Notes: generated by a model not told the origin, from the sequence alone. Positions 52,119 through 64,000 are shown, numbered from the stretch's first letter. The stretch is DNA of 64,000 bases from Anaeromyxobacter sp. (GCA_049840735.1 JASGJN010000020.1:160001-224000); one strand, 5' to 3'. Made by a program: numbers and translations.

Positions 52119-53615
52119 TTGATGAGGCCCCGCCGCCCCTGGCGCCCCGGCGCCGCGCTGACGGCCGCCGCGCTGGCGGCCGCCCTGGCCTGCAGCGCCG
52201 GAAAGCCCTTCCGCTGCCCGGCCCGCGGCGGCCCGCCCTGGCAGCAGCTGGTGAGCGACCACTTCGTGCTGCGGACCGACCTCCCGGCCGACCGCGCCGG
52301 CGAGATGATGGGCGACCTGGAGCGGCTGCGGGCCGCCATCCGCGGCGCGCTCTTCGCCGACGCCCCCCAGCCTCCGGGGCGCATCGAGGTCATCGCCTTC
52401 CGCTCCGACGCCGAGTTCGCCCCCTTCGCGCCGGAGGGGAACGCCGGCTACTACTTCCGCTACGCCGGCGGCCCACCGCGCATCGTCCTCTCCGGCGCCA
52501 TCCGCTCATGGCAGCGGATCCTGCTGGCCCACGAGCTCACCCACCACTTCCTGGCCGGCGCCTTCGTGCGACGCCCGGCCTGGTTCGCCGAGGGGCTGGC
52601 GGTCTACATGGAGTCGATCTCCCCGGGAAGGCCGGGCGAGCCGGTGGTGGTGGGCGAGCCGCCGCCGGCCCGCATCGACCGGGCGCGGAAGTCCGGGGTC
52701 GGCGTGCGCCAGCTGCTGGCCTGGGACGGCGGCCCGCGCCCGGACGCGCTCGACTACTACGCCCGCAGCTGGCTCCTGGTGCACTACCTGGTCCACGAGC
52801 GCGGCCAGGACTTCGCCGCGCTGCAGGCGCGCCTGGCGGCCGGCGCGCCGCCCGCCGAGGCCTGGTCCCAGACCTTCCCGGAGTACGCGCCGGAGGCCGG
52901 CACCGGCCCGGAGGCGCTCGACCAGCTGCTGAAGCGCTACGCGTTCGGCCCGCTGGAGCGCACCCGCAAGCCGATCGAGGTCCCCATCGCCATCGGCTAC
53001 CAGGCGCGCCCCGAGCCCCCCGCCGAGGTGCACGCGCTGCGCCTGGCGCTCTGGCCCTACGGGCCGCGCAAGCCGGCGGCGCAGCTCCGGGCCGAGGTGG
53101 AGGAGATGCTGCGCGAGGACGCCGACCACCCGCTGGCGCTGCAGATGCTGGCGCAGCTCGACGGCACCGACCCGCTGCCGCTGGCCCGCCGGGCGGTGGA
53201 GGCCCACCCGGAGGACCCGCGCGCCTGGACCTTCCTCGGCCACTCGCTGATCCTCCCCGGGAGCGGCGAGGCGCGGGTCGACGCCTACCGGAAGGCCGTG
53301 GACCTGGCCCCGGAGAACCCGGCGGCGCTCTACAACCTGGCGCAGGAGCTGCTCGAGCAGGGGCGCTCCGGCGAGGGGCTGCCCCCGGCCCGCCGCGCCG
53401 CGCAGCTCGCCCCCTGGAGCCCGCCGCTGCTGGCCGGGTTCGCCGCCGTCCTCTCCGACCTGGGCCAGTGCGACGCCGCCATCCCCATCCAGCAGCGCGC
53501 GCTGGAGGCGCTGCCCGAGCGCGGCGGAGTGGAGGCGCGCGGCGAGCTCCTGCGCGGGCTGGACCGGTACGAGCGGCAGTGCAGCCACCCGGCGATGGCG
53601 CCGGGCACGCCCTGA
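52119..53615 (+). CDS. lipoprotein with zincin-like (DUF1570-type) domain and TPR repeats
   Basis: AAALAC lipobox; SDHFVLRTD, HELTHH, PAWFAEGLA, YARSWLLVHYL; TPR-like C-terminus. Confidence 0.8.
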   Translation: MMRPRRPWRPGAALTAAALAAALACSAGKPFRCPARGGPPWQQLVSDHFVLRTDLPADRAGEMMGDLERLRAAIRGALFADAPQPPGRIEVIAFRSDAEFAPFAPEGNAGYYFRYAGGPPRIVLSGAIRSWQRILLAHELTHHFLAGAFVRRPAWFAEGLAVYMESISPGRPGEPVVVGEPPPARIDRARKSGVGVRQLLAWDGGPRPDALDYYARSWLLVHYLVHERGQDFAALQARLAAGAPPAEAWSQTFPEYAPEAGTGPEALDQLLKRYAFGPLERTRKPIEVPIAIGYQARPEPPAEVHALRLALWPYGPRKPAAQLRAEVEEMLREDADHPLALQMLAQLDGTDPLPLARRAVEAHPEDPRAWTFLGHSLILPGSGEARVDAYRKAVDLAPENPAALYNLAQELLEQGRSGEGLPPARRAAQLAPWSPPLLAGFAAVLSDLGQCDAAIPIQQRALEALPERGGVEARGELLRGLDRYERQCSHPAMAPGTP

Positions 53616-53618
53616 CCC

Positions 53619-54576
53619 TCACCCTCCCCGCAGCACCGCCAGCCCGCGCGCCAGGTCCGGCGGCAGCGGGGCGGTGAAGCGGAGCCGCTTCCCGGTGCGC
53701 GGGTGGTCGAAGGCCAGCCGGGAGGCGTGGAGCGCCTGGCGCCCGACGGCCTGGGCGGCGCGCCGGACCGGATCGGCCTCGGGCAGGCGCGCCTCGCGGC
53801 GGGCGCCGCCGTAGACCGGATTGGCCAGCAGCGGGAAGCCGGCCTCGGAGAGGTGGACGCGGATCTGGTGGGTCCGGCCGGTGTGGAGCGTCACCTCCAG
53901 CAGCGCGGCCGCCTCCCCGAACCGCTCCAGCAGCCGCCAGTCGGTCTGGGCCCGCCGCCCGCCCTCGCGGAGGCGGCTGGTGTAGCGGGTCCGGTCGCGC
54001 GGGTGGCGGCCGTAGGGCGTGTCCAGGTGCCCCTCGGCGGCCGGCGCGCCGTGGCAGAGGGCCAGGTAGACCTTCTCCACCGTCCGCCCCTTCCACTGCG
54101 CCTGCAGGGACGCCAGGGCCGCCTCCGTGCGCGCCACCACCAGGCAGCCGGAGGTGTCCTTGTCGAGCCGGTGGACCAGCCCCAGCCGCGCCGGGGCCCC
54201 CTCCGCCTGGCCCAGCCGGTGGAGCAGCGCGTTGACCACCGTGGAGTGCGGGGTGCCGCGGGCCGGGTGGACCACCATGCCGGCCGCCTTGTCCAGCACC
54301 AGCAGGTCGGCGTCCTCGTGCAGCACCGCCAGCGGGAGGTCCTGCGCCAGCAGCCCGGAGGGCTCGGGCGGCGGCAGCTCCACCGCCACCGTCTCGCCGC
54401 CCTTCAGCCGGGCCGAGGCCCGGGCCAGGCGGCCATCAAGCTGGACCCGGCCGTCCTCGATCAGCCGCTGCACGCGGGCGCGCGACAGCTCCGGCCAGAG
54501 GCGCGGCAAGGCCACGTCCAGCCGCAGGCCGGTCAGGTCGCTGGAGACGGAGAAGGAGCGGCGCTCGATGACCCAC
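53619..54576 (-). CDS. rluD: RluD-type pseudouridine synthase with S4 domain (start uncertain)
   Basis: GLRLDVAL...SRARVQRLI S4 domain extends upstream of the listed ORF start; GLVHRLDKDTSG, TGRTHQIRVH, RQALHA. Confidence 0.8.
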
Positions 54577-54606
54577 CGCCTCGCGCGCGGCCCGCAGGCC
54601 GCGGCG

Positions 54607-54873
54607 CTACCAGATGCGGGACTTCACGTGACCCTTCGACTTCAGGATCACGTCCACGATGGCGCGGTCGTAGAAGTTGGACCGCCCGTAGAGGTCCGGG
54701 GAGACGCGGGACCGGTACAGCTCCCGCCCCTCCTCGAGCTCCTCCTTGAGCGCCTCGAAGAAGTCGTCGTGCTCGATGCCTCGGACGATCTTCTCCTCGT
54801 TGTAGAGGGAGACGTCCGAGCAGATCGCCCGGGCTAGACGCATCGCGGCCTCGGGAGAATCGATGAGCGGCAT
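54607..54873 (-). CDS. romX: small conserved myxobacterial protein, probable RomX (MglA GEF complex subunit)
   Basis: 88 aa, RLARAICSDVSLYNEEKI..EELEEGRELY; size and position beside rluD match my recollection of the Myxococcus romX locus (not verified). Confidence 0.6.
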   Translation of the reverse strand: MPLIDSPEAAMRLARAICSDVSLYNEEKIVRGIEHDDFFEALKEELEEGRELYRSRVSPDLYGRSNFYDRAIVDVILKSKGHVKSRIW

Positions 54874-54938
54874 ACGGGCGGATGCTACGTCGGCCCCGCC
54901 GGCTGGTCAATTCTGCCGCGCACGTCGGGGTGCAGTTC

Positions 54939-56159
54939 TCACCGGCCCCGGGGTGGCGGGGTGGCGGCGGCGGACGCCCCCACGCGCTCGAGGTAGGAGC
55001 GCGCCACCTTCTGCCCGTCCAGCCGCAGCTCGCGGGCCAGGGAGAGCAGGATGCCGCGCAGGTAGACGGCGGCCGGGAGCTGGTCGAACCGGTCGGTTCT
55101 CGATGTTCTCGATGTGGTGGCGGGTGACCTTGGTGCGCTCCGCCACCTGCTGCAGCGACAGGCCGCGGGCCTCGCGGATGCGCCGCAAGACCTCGCCGCT
55201 CCAGGCGGTGCCCTCCGGCAGCGCCACGGCCGCCGGGGCGGCCGGCCTGGGCGCGGGCGTCGCCACCGGCTGCGGGGCGGGCGGGGGGCGGCGCGGCGGC
55301 GGCGGCCGGCGGCGGCGCGGCGGGGGGCGCTGCGCCACGGGGGGCTCCCGGGGGCGGGCTGGACCTCGCGGCTGAGCAGGATGGGCGCGCGGGCGGGCCG
55401 GGGCGGCTCGGGCGGCGGGGACACCGCCGGACCAGCCACGATGGGCGTAGGGACGCTGGCCCACACCGCCGAGGCCGAGCTGGGGGTGGCCAGGGCCGGG
55501 GCGGGCGGCTCGGCCGGCGCCGGGGCGGCGGGCGGCGCGGGCAGCTCGGCGGCGGCCGCGGGCGCCTCCGGGGGCTGGGCCGCCAGGACCGGCGCGGCCG
55601 ACGGAGGCTCCTCCGCCGGCGGCGGGGTGGCCGCGGCGGGCTCGAGCGGCGACGGGAGCGGGACCGGGGTCAGGAGCGGGCCGGGCGCCGGCGAGGCCAG
55701 CGCCGGCACCACGATGGGCAGGATGACCGGCGGGAGCGGGGCGGCGGCGGAGGGGGCCGGGGTCAGCTCACCCTCCCCCACCTCCTCGTCGCCCTCGTCG
55801 CCCTCGTCGTCCAGGTCGTCCTCCGCCCCCAGGGCGGCGACCACCGGCGGCAGCCCGGCCCAGGGGTCGCGGGACAGCGGCGCGGGGGCGGGCGTGGGCG
55901 GCGGCGGGGCCTCGACCACCTCGGCCAGCTGGGCGTCGTAGCGGGCGCGCGCGGCGGGGTCGAGCAGCGTGGAGCGGGCCTCCTCGATGCGCCGGGAGAG
56001 CAGCCGCTCCTCCTCGGCGGAGACCAGCGTGTAGGTGGCGAGCGAGCCGGGCCCGTAGAGCTGCAGGGCGCGGTCCACCGCCTCGGCGATCACGGGGACC
56101 GCGGCGTCGGGGGGAATCTCGAGGATCTCGTAGAGCGTCTGATCGGCCAGCGGCTTCAC
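54939..56159 (-). CDS. J-domain-like + Pro-rich linker + RodZ-type HTH protein; at least two compensating frameshifts (~55350, ~55097)
   Basis: YEILEI...TLLDPAARARYD; GEVLRRIREARGLSLQQVAERTKV in another frame; FDQLPAAVYLRG; GTGA overlap with the upstream gene. Confidence 0.75.
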   Translation of the reverse strand: MKPLADQTLYEILEIPPDAAVPVIAEAVDRALQLYGPGSLATYTLVSAEEERLLSRRIEEARSTLLDPAARARYDAQLAEVVEAPPPPTPAPAPLSRDPWAGLPPVVAALGAEDDLDDEGDEGDEEVGEGELTPAPSAAAPLPPVILPIVVPALASPAPGPLLTPVPLPSPLEPAAATPPPAEEPPSAAPVLAAQPPEAPAAAAELPAPPAAPAPAEPPAPALATPSSASAVWASVPTPIVAGPAVSPPPEPPRPARAPILLSREVQPAPGSPPWRSAPRRAAAGRRRRAAPRPPRSRWRRPRPGRPPRRPWRCRRAPPGAARSCGASARPAACRCSRWRSAPRSPATTSRTSRTDRFDQLPAAVYLRGILLSLARELRLDGQKVARSYLERVGASAAATPPPRGR

Positions 56160-57157
56160 TTCGTGGCTCCAGGCCGTGCGGCGATGTCGAGGGCGAGGAG
56201 CGAGTCGACGATGCCGCCGATCGCCTTGGCGGCCGGCACGTCGGGGCGCTCCACCAGGAACGGGCGGCGGGCGCGGAGCGTCCGCCACATCTCGTCGTCG
56301 TAGTGGATGTAGCCCAGGTAGTCCATCTCCAGCCCGAAGTACTTGCGCCAGGCCGCCACCACCGCGCGCCCGACGTCGGCGTCCTGCGGCGTCCGGGCCT
56401 GGTTCACCACCAGCCGCGGCCGGAACAGCGCCAGCTGCCGCGCCAGGTTGGCGCCGGCCTCCGGATCCCGCCGCGACACCGTGGCGACCAGCTCCACGGG
56501 GCTGCGGAAGCTGGTGCCCTCCATCACCGCGCGCAACAGCGGCTCGTAGCCGAAGACCTGGGCCACGTTGCGCATGCGCCGCCAGAACGCGGCCTTCACG
56601 AAGCGGTAGGCGTTCTCGACCGCGGTCGGCTCGGGGACCAGCACCAGCACGCCGTGGTCCGAGACCAGGAAGAAGTCGAGCACGTTGGTGTGCGTGCCGG
56701 CGCCCAGGTCGAGGATGGCGTAGTCCACGTCCAGCTGCTGCACGTGGCGCAAGAGCCGCATCTTCTGGGCGTAGCGCGGGTTGGCCGCGTCGAGGTGGTC
56801 GAGCGCGCCCGAGACCAGCCCCAGGTTCTCGATGCCGGTCGGCGTCACCACGTCGTCGATGCGCGGGAACTTCCGCTCGATGAAGTCGGAGAGCGTCCGC
56901 TTGGGCACGTCCAGGCCGAGCGTGGTGTGCAGGTTGGCGCCGCCCAGGTCGGCGTCCACCAGCACCACCTTGCGGCCGCGCCGGGCCAGCTCGATGCCCA
57001 GGTTGGCCGAGAGCAGGCTCTTGCCGATGCCGCCCTTGCCGCCGCCGATGGAGATCACCCGCCGCGCGCGCAGCGGACCGCGCGCCGCGGGCGTCGCGGC
57101 GCGCACCGGCTCCGGCGGTGCGGGGTGCACCAGCTTCAAGGTCGGGACGTCGGCCAT
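56156..57157 (-). CDS. MinD/FlhG family P-loop ATPase
   Basis: GGKGGIGKS deviant Walker A, DADLGGANL, LDLGAG, PEPTAVENAY. Confidence 0.9.
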   Translation of the reverse strand: MADVPTLKLVHPAPPEPVRAATPAARGPLRARRVISIGGGKGGIGKSLLSANLGIELARRGRKVVLVDADLGGANLHTTLGLDVPKRTLSDFIERKFPRIDDVVTPTGIENLGLVSGALDHLDAANPRYAQKMRLLRHVQQLDVDYAILDLGAGTHTNVLDFFLVSDHGVLVLVPEPTAVENAYRFVKAAFWRRMRNVAQVFGYEPLLRAVMEGTSFRSPVELVATVSRRDPEAGANLARQLALFRPRLVVNQARTPQDADVGRAVVAAWRKYFGLEMDYLGYIHYDDEMWRTLRARRPFLVERPDVPAAKAIGGIVDSLLALDIAARPGATK

Positions 57158-57184
57158 CCGGGCAATCCTAAACCGAACGGGGCG

Positions 57185-57778
57185 TCAGTCCAAAAGCTCC
57201 GCGTTCCAGTAGGCCGCGTCGGCCAGGGAGAGGAACGGCCGCCACTCCCGGTACAGGGCCCGGCGGGTGGCGCTCCGGAACATGGGCGTCCAGCGCGGGC
57301 GTGCGGGAGCGCGCAGGAGACGCATCCCGGCCTCCTCCGGCGTCCGCCCACCTTTCCGCAGGTTGCACGGCACGCAGGAGCAGACGACGTTCTCCCAGGA
57401 GGTGGACCCGCCGCGGGAGCGCGGGATGACGTGGTCCAGGTTGAGGTCGGCCCGCTTGAACTTGCGCCCGCAGTACTGGCAGGTGTTCTCGTCCCGCGCG
57501 TAGATGTTGAAGCGCGAGAAGCGGACGCGCGCGCGCGGCAGGTGCTCGTAGGCCAGGAGCACGATGACGCGCGGCACGCGGATGCGCCGGCCCACCGTGC
57601 CGATGGAGTCGTGCTCCGCCGCCGCCAGCGCGCTCCAGCTCTCGAAGTCGAAGAGCTGGAACTGCTCGTCGATGGCCCGCGCCGCCCCCTGGTACAGGAG
57701 CGTGAAGGCGCGCCGGACCGAGGTGATGTGGACCGGCTGATAGACCCTGTTGAGGACGAGGACCCCGGTGTCGAGCAT
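57185..57778 (-). CDS. HNH endonuclease (McrA-like)
   Basis: VLVLN, RDENTCQYCG, LDHVIPRSRGG, CVPCNLRKG. Confidence 0.9.
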   Translation of the reverse strand: MLDTGVLVLNRVYQPVHITSVRRAFTLLYQGAARAIDEQFQLFDFESWSALAAAEHDSIGTVGRRIRVPRVIVLLAYEHLPRARVRFSRFNIYARDENTCQYCGRKFKRADLNLDHVIPRSRGGSTSWENVVCSCVPCNLRKGGRTPEEAGMRLLRAPARPRWTPMFRSATRRALYREWRPFLSLADAAYWNAELLD

Positions 57779-57875
57779 CTTGCCGGGAGATCTTACGGAG
57801 ACGACCGGCCTCCCGCACGCGGAGGCGAACGCTCGCCGGTTCTGCCCCCCCTCACGGGGGCATTCGACCGCTCGC

Positions 57876-60327
57876 CTACCCGGCCACCTTGAACAGCTCG
57901 GTGGCCGCCGCCGGGTCGCCCTTCCCGTAGAGCAGCCGGTAGGCGGCGTAGGACCGGAGCACGCGCTTCACGTAGCCCCGGGTCTCCTCGATGGGGATTT
58001 CCTCGACGAACTCGTCCAGCGCGAGGTGGCCGCGCTGGTCCAGCCAGCGCCCCACCGCGCCCGAGCCGGCGTTGTAGGCCGCCAGCGCCAGCGGGACCTG
58101 CCCGTCGTAGCGGCGGATCAGGTCGCCCAGGTAGCGCGCGCCGATCTGGATGTTGACCGCCGGGACCATCAGGTCGCCGCGGCTGGGCTTGCGCAGCTTG
58201 TAGCGGACCGCCACCGACTGCGCGGTGGGGAGCATGAGCTGGGTGAGGCCGACCGCGCCGGCGGCGGAGATGACCCGCGGATCGAGCGCGCTCTCCTCCC
58301 GCATCAGCCCCTGCAGCAGGTCCACCGGCACGCCGGCGGGCGGGGCGAAGCGGGCGATCTCGTCACGGTAGGCGGGCGGGTAGGCGATGCGCCAGGCCCG
58401 CAGGTTGTCGGCGGTGGGCGGCTGCCGCAGGGCCACCCGGGCCCGGCTGCGGAGCAGGTTGTGGGCGGCCTGGTGGTCGCCGCAGCGATCGAGCAGGTCG
58501 GCCACCAGCACCAGCGGGTCGAGGCTGTCGGCCGCGCGCAGGCGGGCCGGCGAGATGGCGGCGAGCTCCAGGGCGGAGGAGCGCCCCAGCCCCATGCGCG
58601 CCAGCAGCAGGCCGGCGCGGAAGTGCGGGTCGTCGCGCAGCGGCCCCGGGTCGTAGCCGCGGGCCACCGCCGGCGCGGACGGCGCCGCCGGCAGCGGCAG
58701 GCTCACGCCCGCCTCGGCCAGCCGGACCCGCGAGAGGAGGCCGTAGTAGTCGGTGGTGTAGCGCGTGGCCAGGCCGGTCCAGATGGCCCGCGCGGCCTTG
58801 CTCCCGCCCTCGCCGCCAGCCGCCAGCAGCCGGGCCCGCCAGTAGGCGGCCCGGGCCTCCTCGTACGGATCCTGGCCGCGGGCGGACTCCTCCATGGCCA
58901 GGAGCTGCGCCACCGCGGCGTCGGGCTGCCCGGCCCGCCGGGAGAGCCAGGCCAGCCTGAAGCGCGCCTCCCAGCGGTAGTCGCCGGTCGGGTGGATGCG
59001 GACCAGCTCGGCCAGCGCCTCGCGGGCCTCGTCGCCGCGGCCGGCCCGGGCCAGCAGGTCGGCCGAGTAGAGCAGCGCGTCGTCGGCCAGACCGTGGTCG
59101 GGGAACTCGGCCGCCAGCCGGCGGTAGAGCCCCACCGCCTCGTCCTTGTCCCCGGCGATGGAGGTGGCGCTGGCCAGCAGGTACAGGCTGCGGACGCGCA
59201 GCTCCGGATCCTGGCAGGACTCCACCACCGGCCGGAGCGTGGCGATGGCCTTGGCGTACATCCGCTCCTTGCGGTAGGCGCGCCCCAGCGCGCCGCGGAT
59301 GCGGCAGCCGTCGGCGGAGGTGGCCTCGGCGCGGGTGGCGGCGGAGAGCGGCTCCAGCAGCGCGATGGCGCCGGTGTTGCGGTTGCGGTCGAGCAGCTTC
59401 TCGGCCCGGCGCAGCCTGGCGTCGGGGCCGGGCTCGGCGCCGGCCGCGCCCGGCAGCGCCTTGAGGGCGGTCAGGCAGTCCGGGGCCTCCGCCGAGAGCG
59501 GGTGGTCGGCCCAGCAGGTGAGCAGCCAGCCGCGGGCGGCGGCGGGCTCGGCCTTGGGCCCGGTGGCGCGGGATCCGGCCGGCCAGGAGCAGCGCGGTGG
59601 AGGCGCTGTCGGCGCGGGCCGGGTCGAGCGGCGCGCCGGTGCCGAGCAGCGGCGCCAGCGCCGCCAGGGCCGCGTCCTTGTCGCCGGCGGCGGCCAGGAG
59701 CCGGGCCCGGCCCAGCCGCGCGTCGCCGGCCAGGAGCGAGGTGTCCGGCACCGCCGCCCAGGCCTTGATGGCCTCCGCCTTCCTGCCCGCCGCCTCCAGC
59801 TCCTGGCCGCGCAGGTACAGCACCCGGTCGGCCAGGTCGGGGAGCCGGGTCTCCGGCCCATCCAGCGCCGCCAGGGCGGCGGTGTGGCGCTCCAGCTCGA
59901 TCAGGGCCAGCGCGCGGATGTAGGCGGCCTCCGGCGTGGACGCGCGCGCCAGCTGCTGGGCGGCCTCGTTGTAGCGTCCGGCGTCGTACGCGCCCTTCCC
60001 GGCGGCGGCCGGCCCGGTGGCGAAGAGCGGGGCAAGCTCGGCGGCGCCGAGCAGGCCGGGCTGGGAGGGCAAGGGGGCAGCGGCTGCCGCCGCGGCGGGG
60101 GCTGCAGCGGCTGCAGCGGGCGCGGCGGTGGGCGCGGCCGGGGTCGCTGCCGCCGCCGCCGGTGCCTCGGACGCGGCCGGACCCGCCTTGGCCTTGGCCG
60201 GGGCCGGGGCGGCGGGCGCCTGCTCGACCTCCGGGTAGGTGTCGGCCGGGTCGTGAAGCTCCGGCAGGGCTTGGGGGCGGGCGGGGACGGCAGCGAGCAG
60301 GAAGGCGAGGAGCGGTGCGGCGATCAT
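57876..60327 (-). CDS. soluble lytic transglycosylase with TPR repeats; +1 frameshift at ~59572
   Basis: Signal peptide in ORF 58363..60327; REESALDP, GLTQLM, AYNAG, ETRGYVKRV in ORF 57876..59861. Confidence 0.88.
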
Positions 60328-60527
60328 CGGGGTTCCACATTCAGCCCCTGCCGGCGTGCGGTCAAGGGCCCGGCCGGCGGGTTCGAAAGGGGGCGCACGG
60401 GGCCCGGCGAGCGCCGGTATCCCCGCGCCGACGGGAACCGGTGCGCAGCCCCCTCGATTCCCGCCGGGCGAGGCGAACTCTCGCCGAAATGCCTGGAGCC
60501 CGGATCCGGGCTCAGGATCCCGCCCGC

Positions 60528-62771
60528 GTGGACATCCGGAGCCAGGCGGCGCTGCTCGCCGCCATCGTCACCCTGGCGCTCGCCGCCGCCGCCCTCCTGC
60601 GCGACAACCGGTCGCGCGTCTTCACCCTGTTCGCCCTCTTCTCGGCGGACGTCTTCCTCTTCTCCCTGGCCACCTTCTTCCTGCGCTGGATGGCGCCAGG
60701 TGAGGTCTGGTGGGAGCGGCTGGGCGTGGCCTCAGGCGCGCTGGTGCCCGCCGCCGCGCTGGCCTTCTTCCTCGAGTTCCTGGGCGTGGCCCGGCGGCCG
60801 GCGCGGCGCGCGCGCAACGGCATGCTGTTCGGCTCGCTCGGCGGCCTGCTGGTGGCGGTCACGCCGCTGGTGGAGCTCAAGGCGGCCAAGCTGCTGGTGG
60901 CGGCCTACGTGGTGGGCGGGCTGGTGGGTGTGCTGTCCGCGCTGTGGGCCAAGATGCACAGCTCGCAGACCCGGGTGGAGCGGGCGCGCCTGCAGTACCT
61001 GTGGCTGGGCGCGGTGGTGGCCGTCGGGCTCTCCACCCTCGACATGCTGCCGCGGCTGGGCGTGCCCTACCCGCTCGAGGGGCTCGGCTCCATCACCCTC
61101 ACCATCTTCATGTTCTTCCTCTCGCAGACGCTGCAGCGCCACCGGCTGCTCGAATCTGCACGAGTTCCTGGGGAAGATCGTGGTGGTCACCGCGCTGGGC
61201 CTGGTGCTGGTGGCCATCTACGGCGGCCTCGTGTCCTGGGTGGGCGACCGGCCGGAGCTCTTCTACTTCAACACCATCGTGGCCTCCTTCGTGATCCTCT
61301 CCCTCTTCGAGCCCATGCGCGAGAAGGTCGAGGAGTGGGTGGTGGCCACCCTCTTCCACGAGCGGTACGAGCTGGTGCGCCGGCTGGACCGGATCCAGGA
61401 GCGGACCGGGAACGTCATCGACCCGGCCGGGCTGGCCTCGGTGGTGCTGGACGGGCTGGTGGAGACGCGCCGGGTCACGCACTGCTCGCTCTGGCTGCTG
61501 GCGGAGGACCGCCCCGGCTACCAGCTGCTCGACTACCGCGGCCCGCCCCCGGCGCGCTTCCTCGAGCCGGCCTCGGCGCGGGCCCTGCTCTCCACCGGCG
61601 GCTCCGGCCAGAAGGCCATCCTGCTCGAGAACCTGGATCGCCGCGTGGCCGAGCTGCGGGCGCTCCTGCCGCCCGGGCCCTCGGAGGAGGAGAACCGCGG
61701 CGGCCGCGGCGCGCCGGCGGCCATCGCCGAGGAGCTGAAGCGGCTGGGCGACGCGCGCACCGTGATGACCTCGATGCGGGCCGGGATTGCCATGCCGCTG
61801 CTGGCCGGGGACCGCGTGGTGGGGTTCCTGGCCTGCTGGGACGAGCGGGTCCCGGAGGCCTTCGCCTCCGACGAGATTGCCGCGCTGCTGGGGGTGGGCG
61901 ACCGCTGCGCGCTGGTGATCGAGAACTCCAAGCTCTACCAGCAGATGAAGGAGCGCGACCGCCTGGCGGCGCTGGGCGGAGCATGTCGGCCGGCCTGGCC
62001 CACGAGATCCGCAACCCGCTGGCCGCCATCAAGGGGGCCATCCAGTACCTCGACCCGCGCAAGCTGCCGCCGGACGACCGCGAGTTCCTCGAGATCGTGA
62101 TCGAGGAGGTCAACCGGCTGAACGGCGTGGTCTCGCAGTTCCTCGACTACTCCCGGCCGGCCCGCGCCTCCATGGCGCCCACCGACGTGAACGACGTCCT
62201 GACCCGCACCTTCAAGCTGCTGCAGGCCCAGGTGCCGGCCAACGTGGCGGTGGACCTGGAGCTGGCGGACTGGCTGCCGCGGGTGCAGGCCGACGCCGAG
62301 CAGCTCAAGCAGGTGTTCCTTAACCTGGCCCTGAACGCCTTCCAGGCCATGCCCGGCGGCGGGCGCCTGGCGGTCTCGACCCACCTGGCCCGCGACGAGC
62401 TGGCCTTCTGGCGCGAGCGGACCCGGCGCACCGACGTGGTGGAGATCCGCTTCCACGACAGCGGTCCGGGCATCCCGGAGGAGGAGCGGGCCAGCATCTT
62501 CGTCCCCTTCTTCACCACCAAGGAGAAGGGCACCGGGCTGGGGCTGGCCATCTGTCAACGGATCGTGAAGGAGCACCAGGGGACCATCGGCGTCCGGTCC
62601 GAGCCAGGCCAGGGCGCGGAGTTCCTGCTGGCGCTGCCGGGCCTCCGCGAGGAGCGCCCCTCGGCCCCCCACCCCACCCCGGCCCCCGAGGACCGCGCCG
62701 CCGCCCGCGAGGCCCGCCGGGCCCGCGCCGAGGCGCGCCTCAAGAAGCGCAAGGGGAAGCGCCGGGCCTGA
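60528..62771 (+). CDS. multi-TM GAF sensor histidine kinase; frameshifts at ~61153 and ~61980
   Basis: TM N-terminus from GTG 60528; middle (LHEFLGK..GAF..ERDRLAALG) in another frame; AHEIRNPL, NLALNA, DSGPG, GTGLGL. Confidence 0.85.
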   Translation: MDIRSQAALLAAIVTLALAAAALLRDNRSRVFTLFALFSADVFLFSLATFFLRWMAPGEVWWERLGVASGALVPAAALAFFLEFLGVARRPARRARNGMLFGSLGGLLVAVTPLVELKAAKLLVAAYVVGGLVGVLSALWAKMHSSQTRVERARLQYLWLGAVVAVGLSTLDMLPRLGVPYPLEGLGSITLTIFMFFLSQTLQRHRLLESARVPGEDRGGHRAGPGAGGHLRRPRVLGGRPAGALLLQHHRGLLRDPLPLRAHAREGRGVGGGHPLPRAVRAGAPAGPDPGADRERHRPGRAGLGGAGRAGGDAPGHALLALAAGGGPPRLPAARLPRPAPGALPRAGLGAGPALHRRLRPEGHPAREPGSPRGRAAGAPAARALGGGEPRRPRRAGGHRRGAEAAGRRAHRDDLDAGRDCHAAAGRGPRGGVPGLLGRAGPGGLRLRRDCRAAGGGRPLRAGDRELQALPADEGARPPGGAGRSMSAGLAHEIRNPLAAIKGAIQYLDPRKLPPDDREFLEIVIEEVNRLNGVVSQFLDYSRPARASMAPTDVNDVLTRTFKLLQAQVPANVAVDLELADWLPRVQADAEQLKQVFLNLALNAFQAMPGGGRLAVSTHLARDELAFWRERTRRTDVVEIRFHDSGPGIPEEERASIFVPFFTTKEKGTGLGLAICQRIVKEHQGTIGVRSEPGQGAEFLLALPGLREERPSAPHPTPAPEDRAAAREARRARAEARLKKRKGKRRA

Positions 62772-62810
62772 TGCGGTGCGGCCTGGACCGTGCTAATCAC
62801 CGGATGATCC

Positions 62811-64000
<1,190 letters not shown>

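Noticed and set aside
50001..52393. Long minus-strand ORFs with repetitive peptides (50001..51887, 51142..52053, 51281..52393)
   Set aside because: They are translations of the non-coding repeat array, overlapping pfkA and the next gene antisense
57185..57778. HNH nuclease as mobiliser of the repeats or as a mobile element
   Set aside because: Not flanked by repeats; embedded in a housekeeping-like operon

Overview
Very GC-rich bacterial DNA whose gene content and order look like an Anaeromyxobacter-type myxobacterium (inferred from sequence only). Left to right: tcdA-like (partial) and tatD; a lipA + branched-chain 2-oxoacid dehydrogenase E1a/E1b/E2 operon; an HD-GYP response regulator; a split B12-dependent acyl-CoA mutase with isobutyryl-CoA-mutase signature residues; a CBM48-like/tyrosine-phosphatase lipoprotein; tRNA-Met(CAT); an mlaEFD-tlpA-yacG operon; an M16 peptidase pair; a 5'-nucleotidase; tRNA-Sec (selC); an accessory-looking block (SBBP protein, glycosyltransferases, epimerase, a catalytically degenerate SMODS/CD-NTase-like gene, a two-component system, a PldA-like lipoprotein, an M43 protease); msrA, dodecin, speA, an ABC exporter and pfkA; an ~810-bp tandem array of a 79-bp palindromic unit that also occurs as dispersed copies; and the rluD/romX-like/J-HTH/MinD-like/HNH/Slt cluster followed by a sensor kinase and a sigma54 regulator (partial). 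About a dozen single-base frameshifts hit otherwise intact genes, many at AGATC/AGACC sites, which points to systematic sequencing error rather than pseudogenisation. No CRISPR array, integrase or transposase was seen. The best candidates for new biology are the orphan pseudo-CD-NTase, the laforin/SEX4-like CBM-phosphatase lipoprotein and the REP-like palindromic repeat family.
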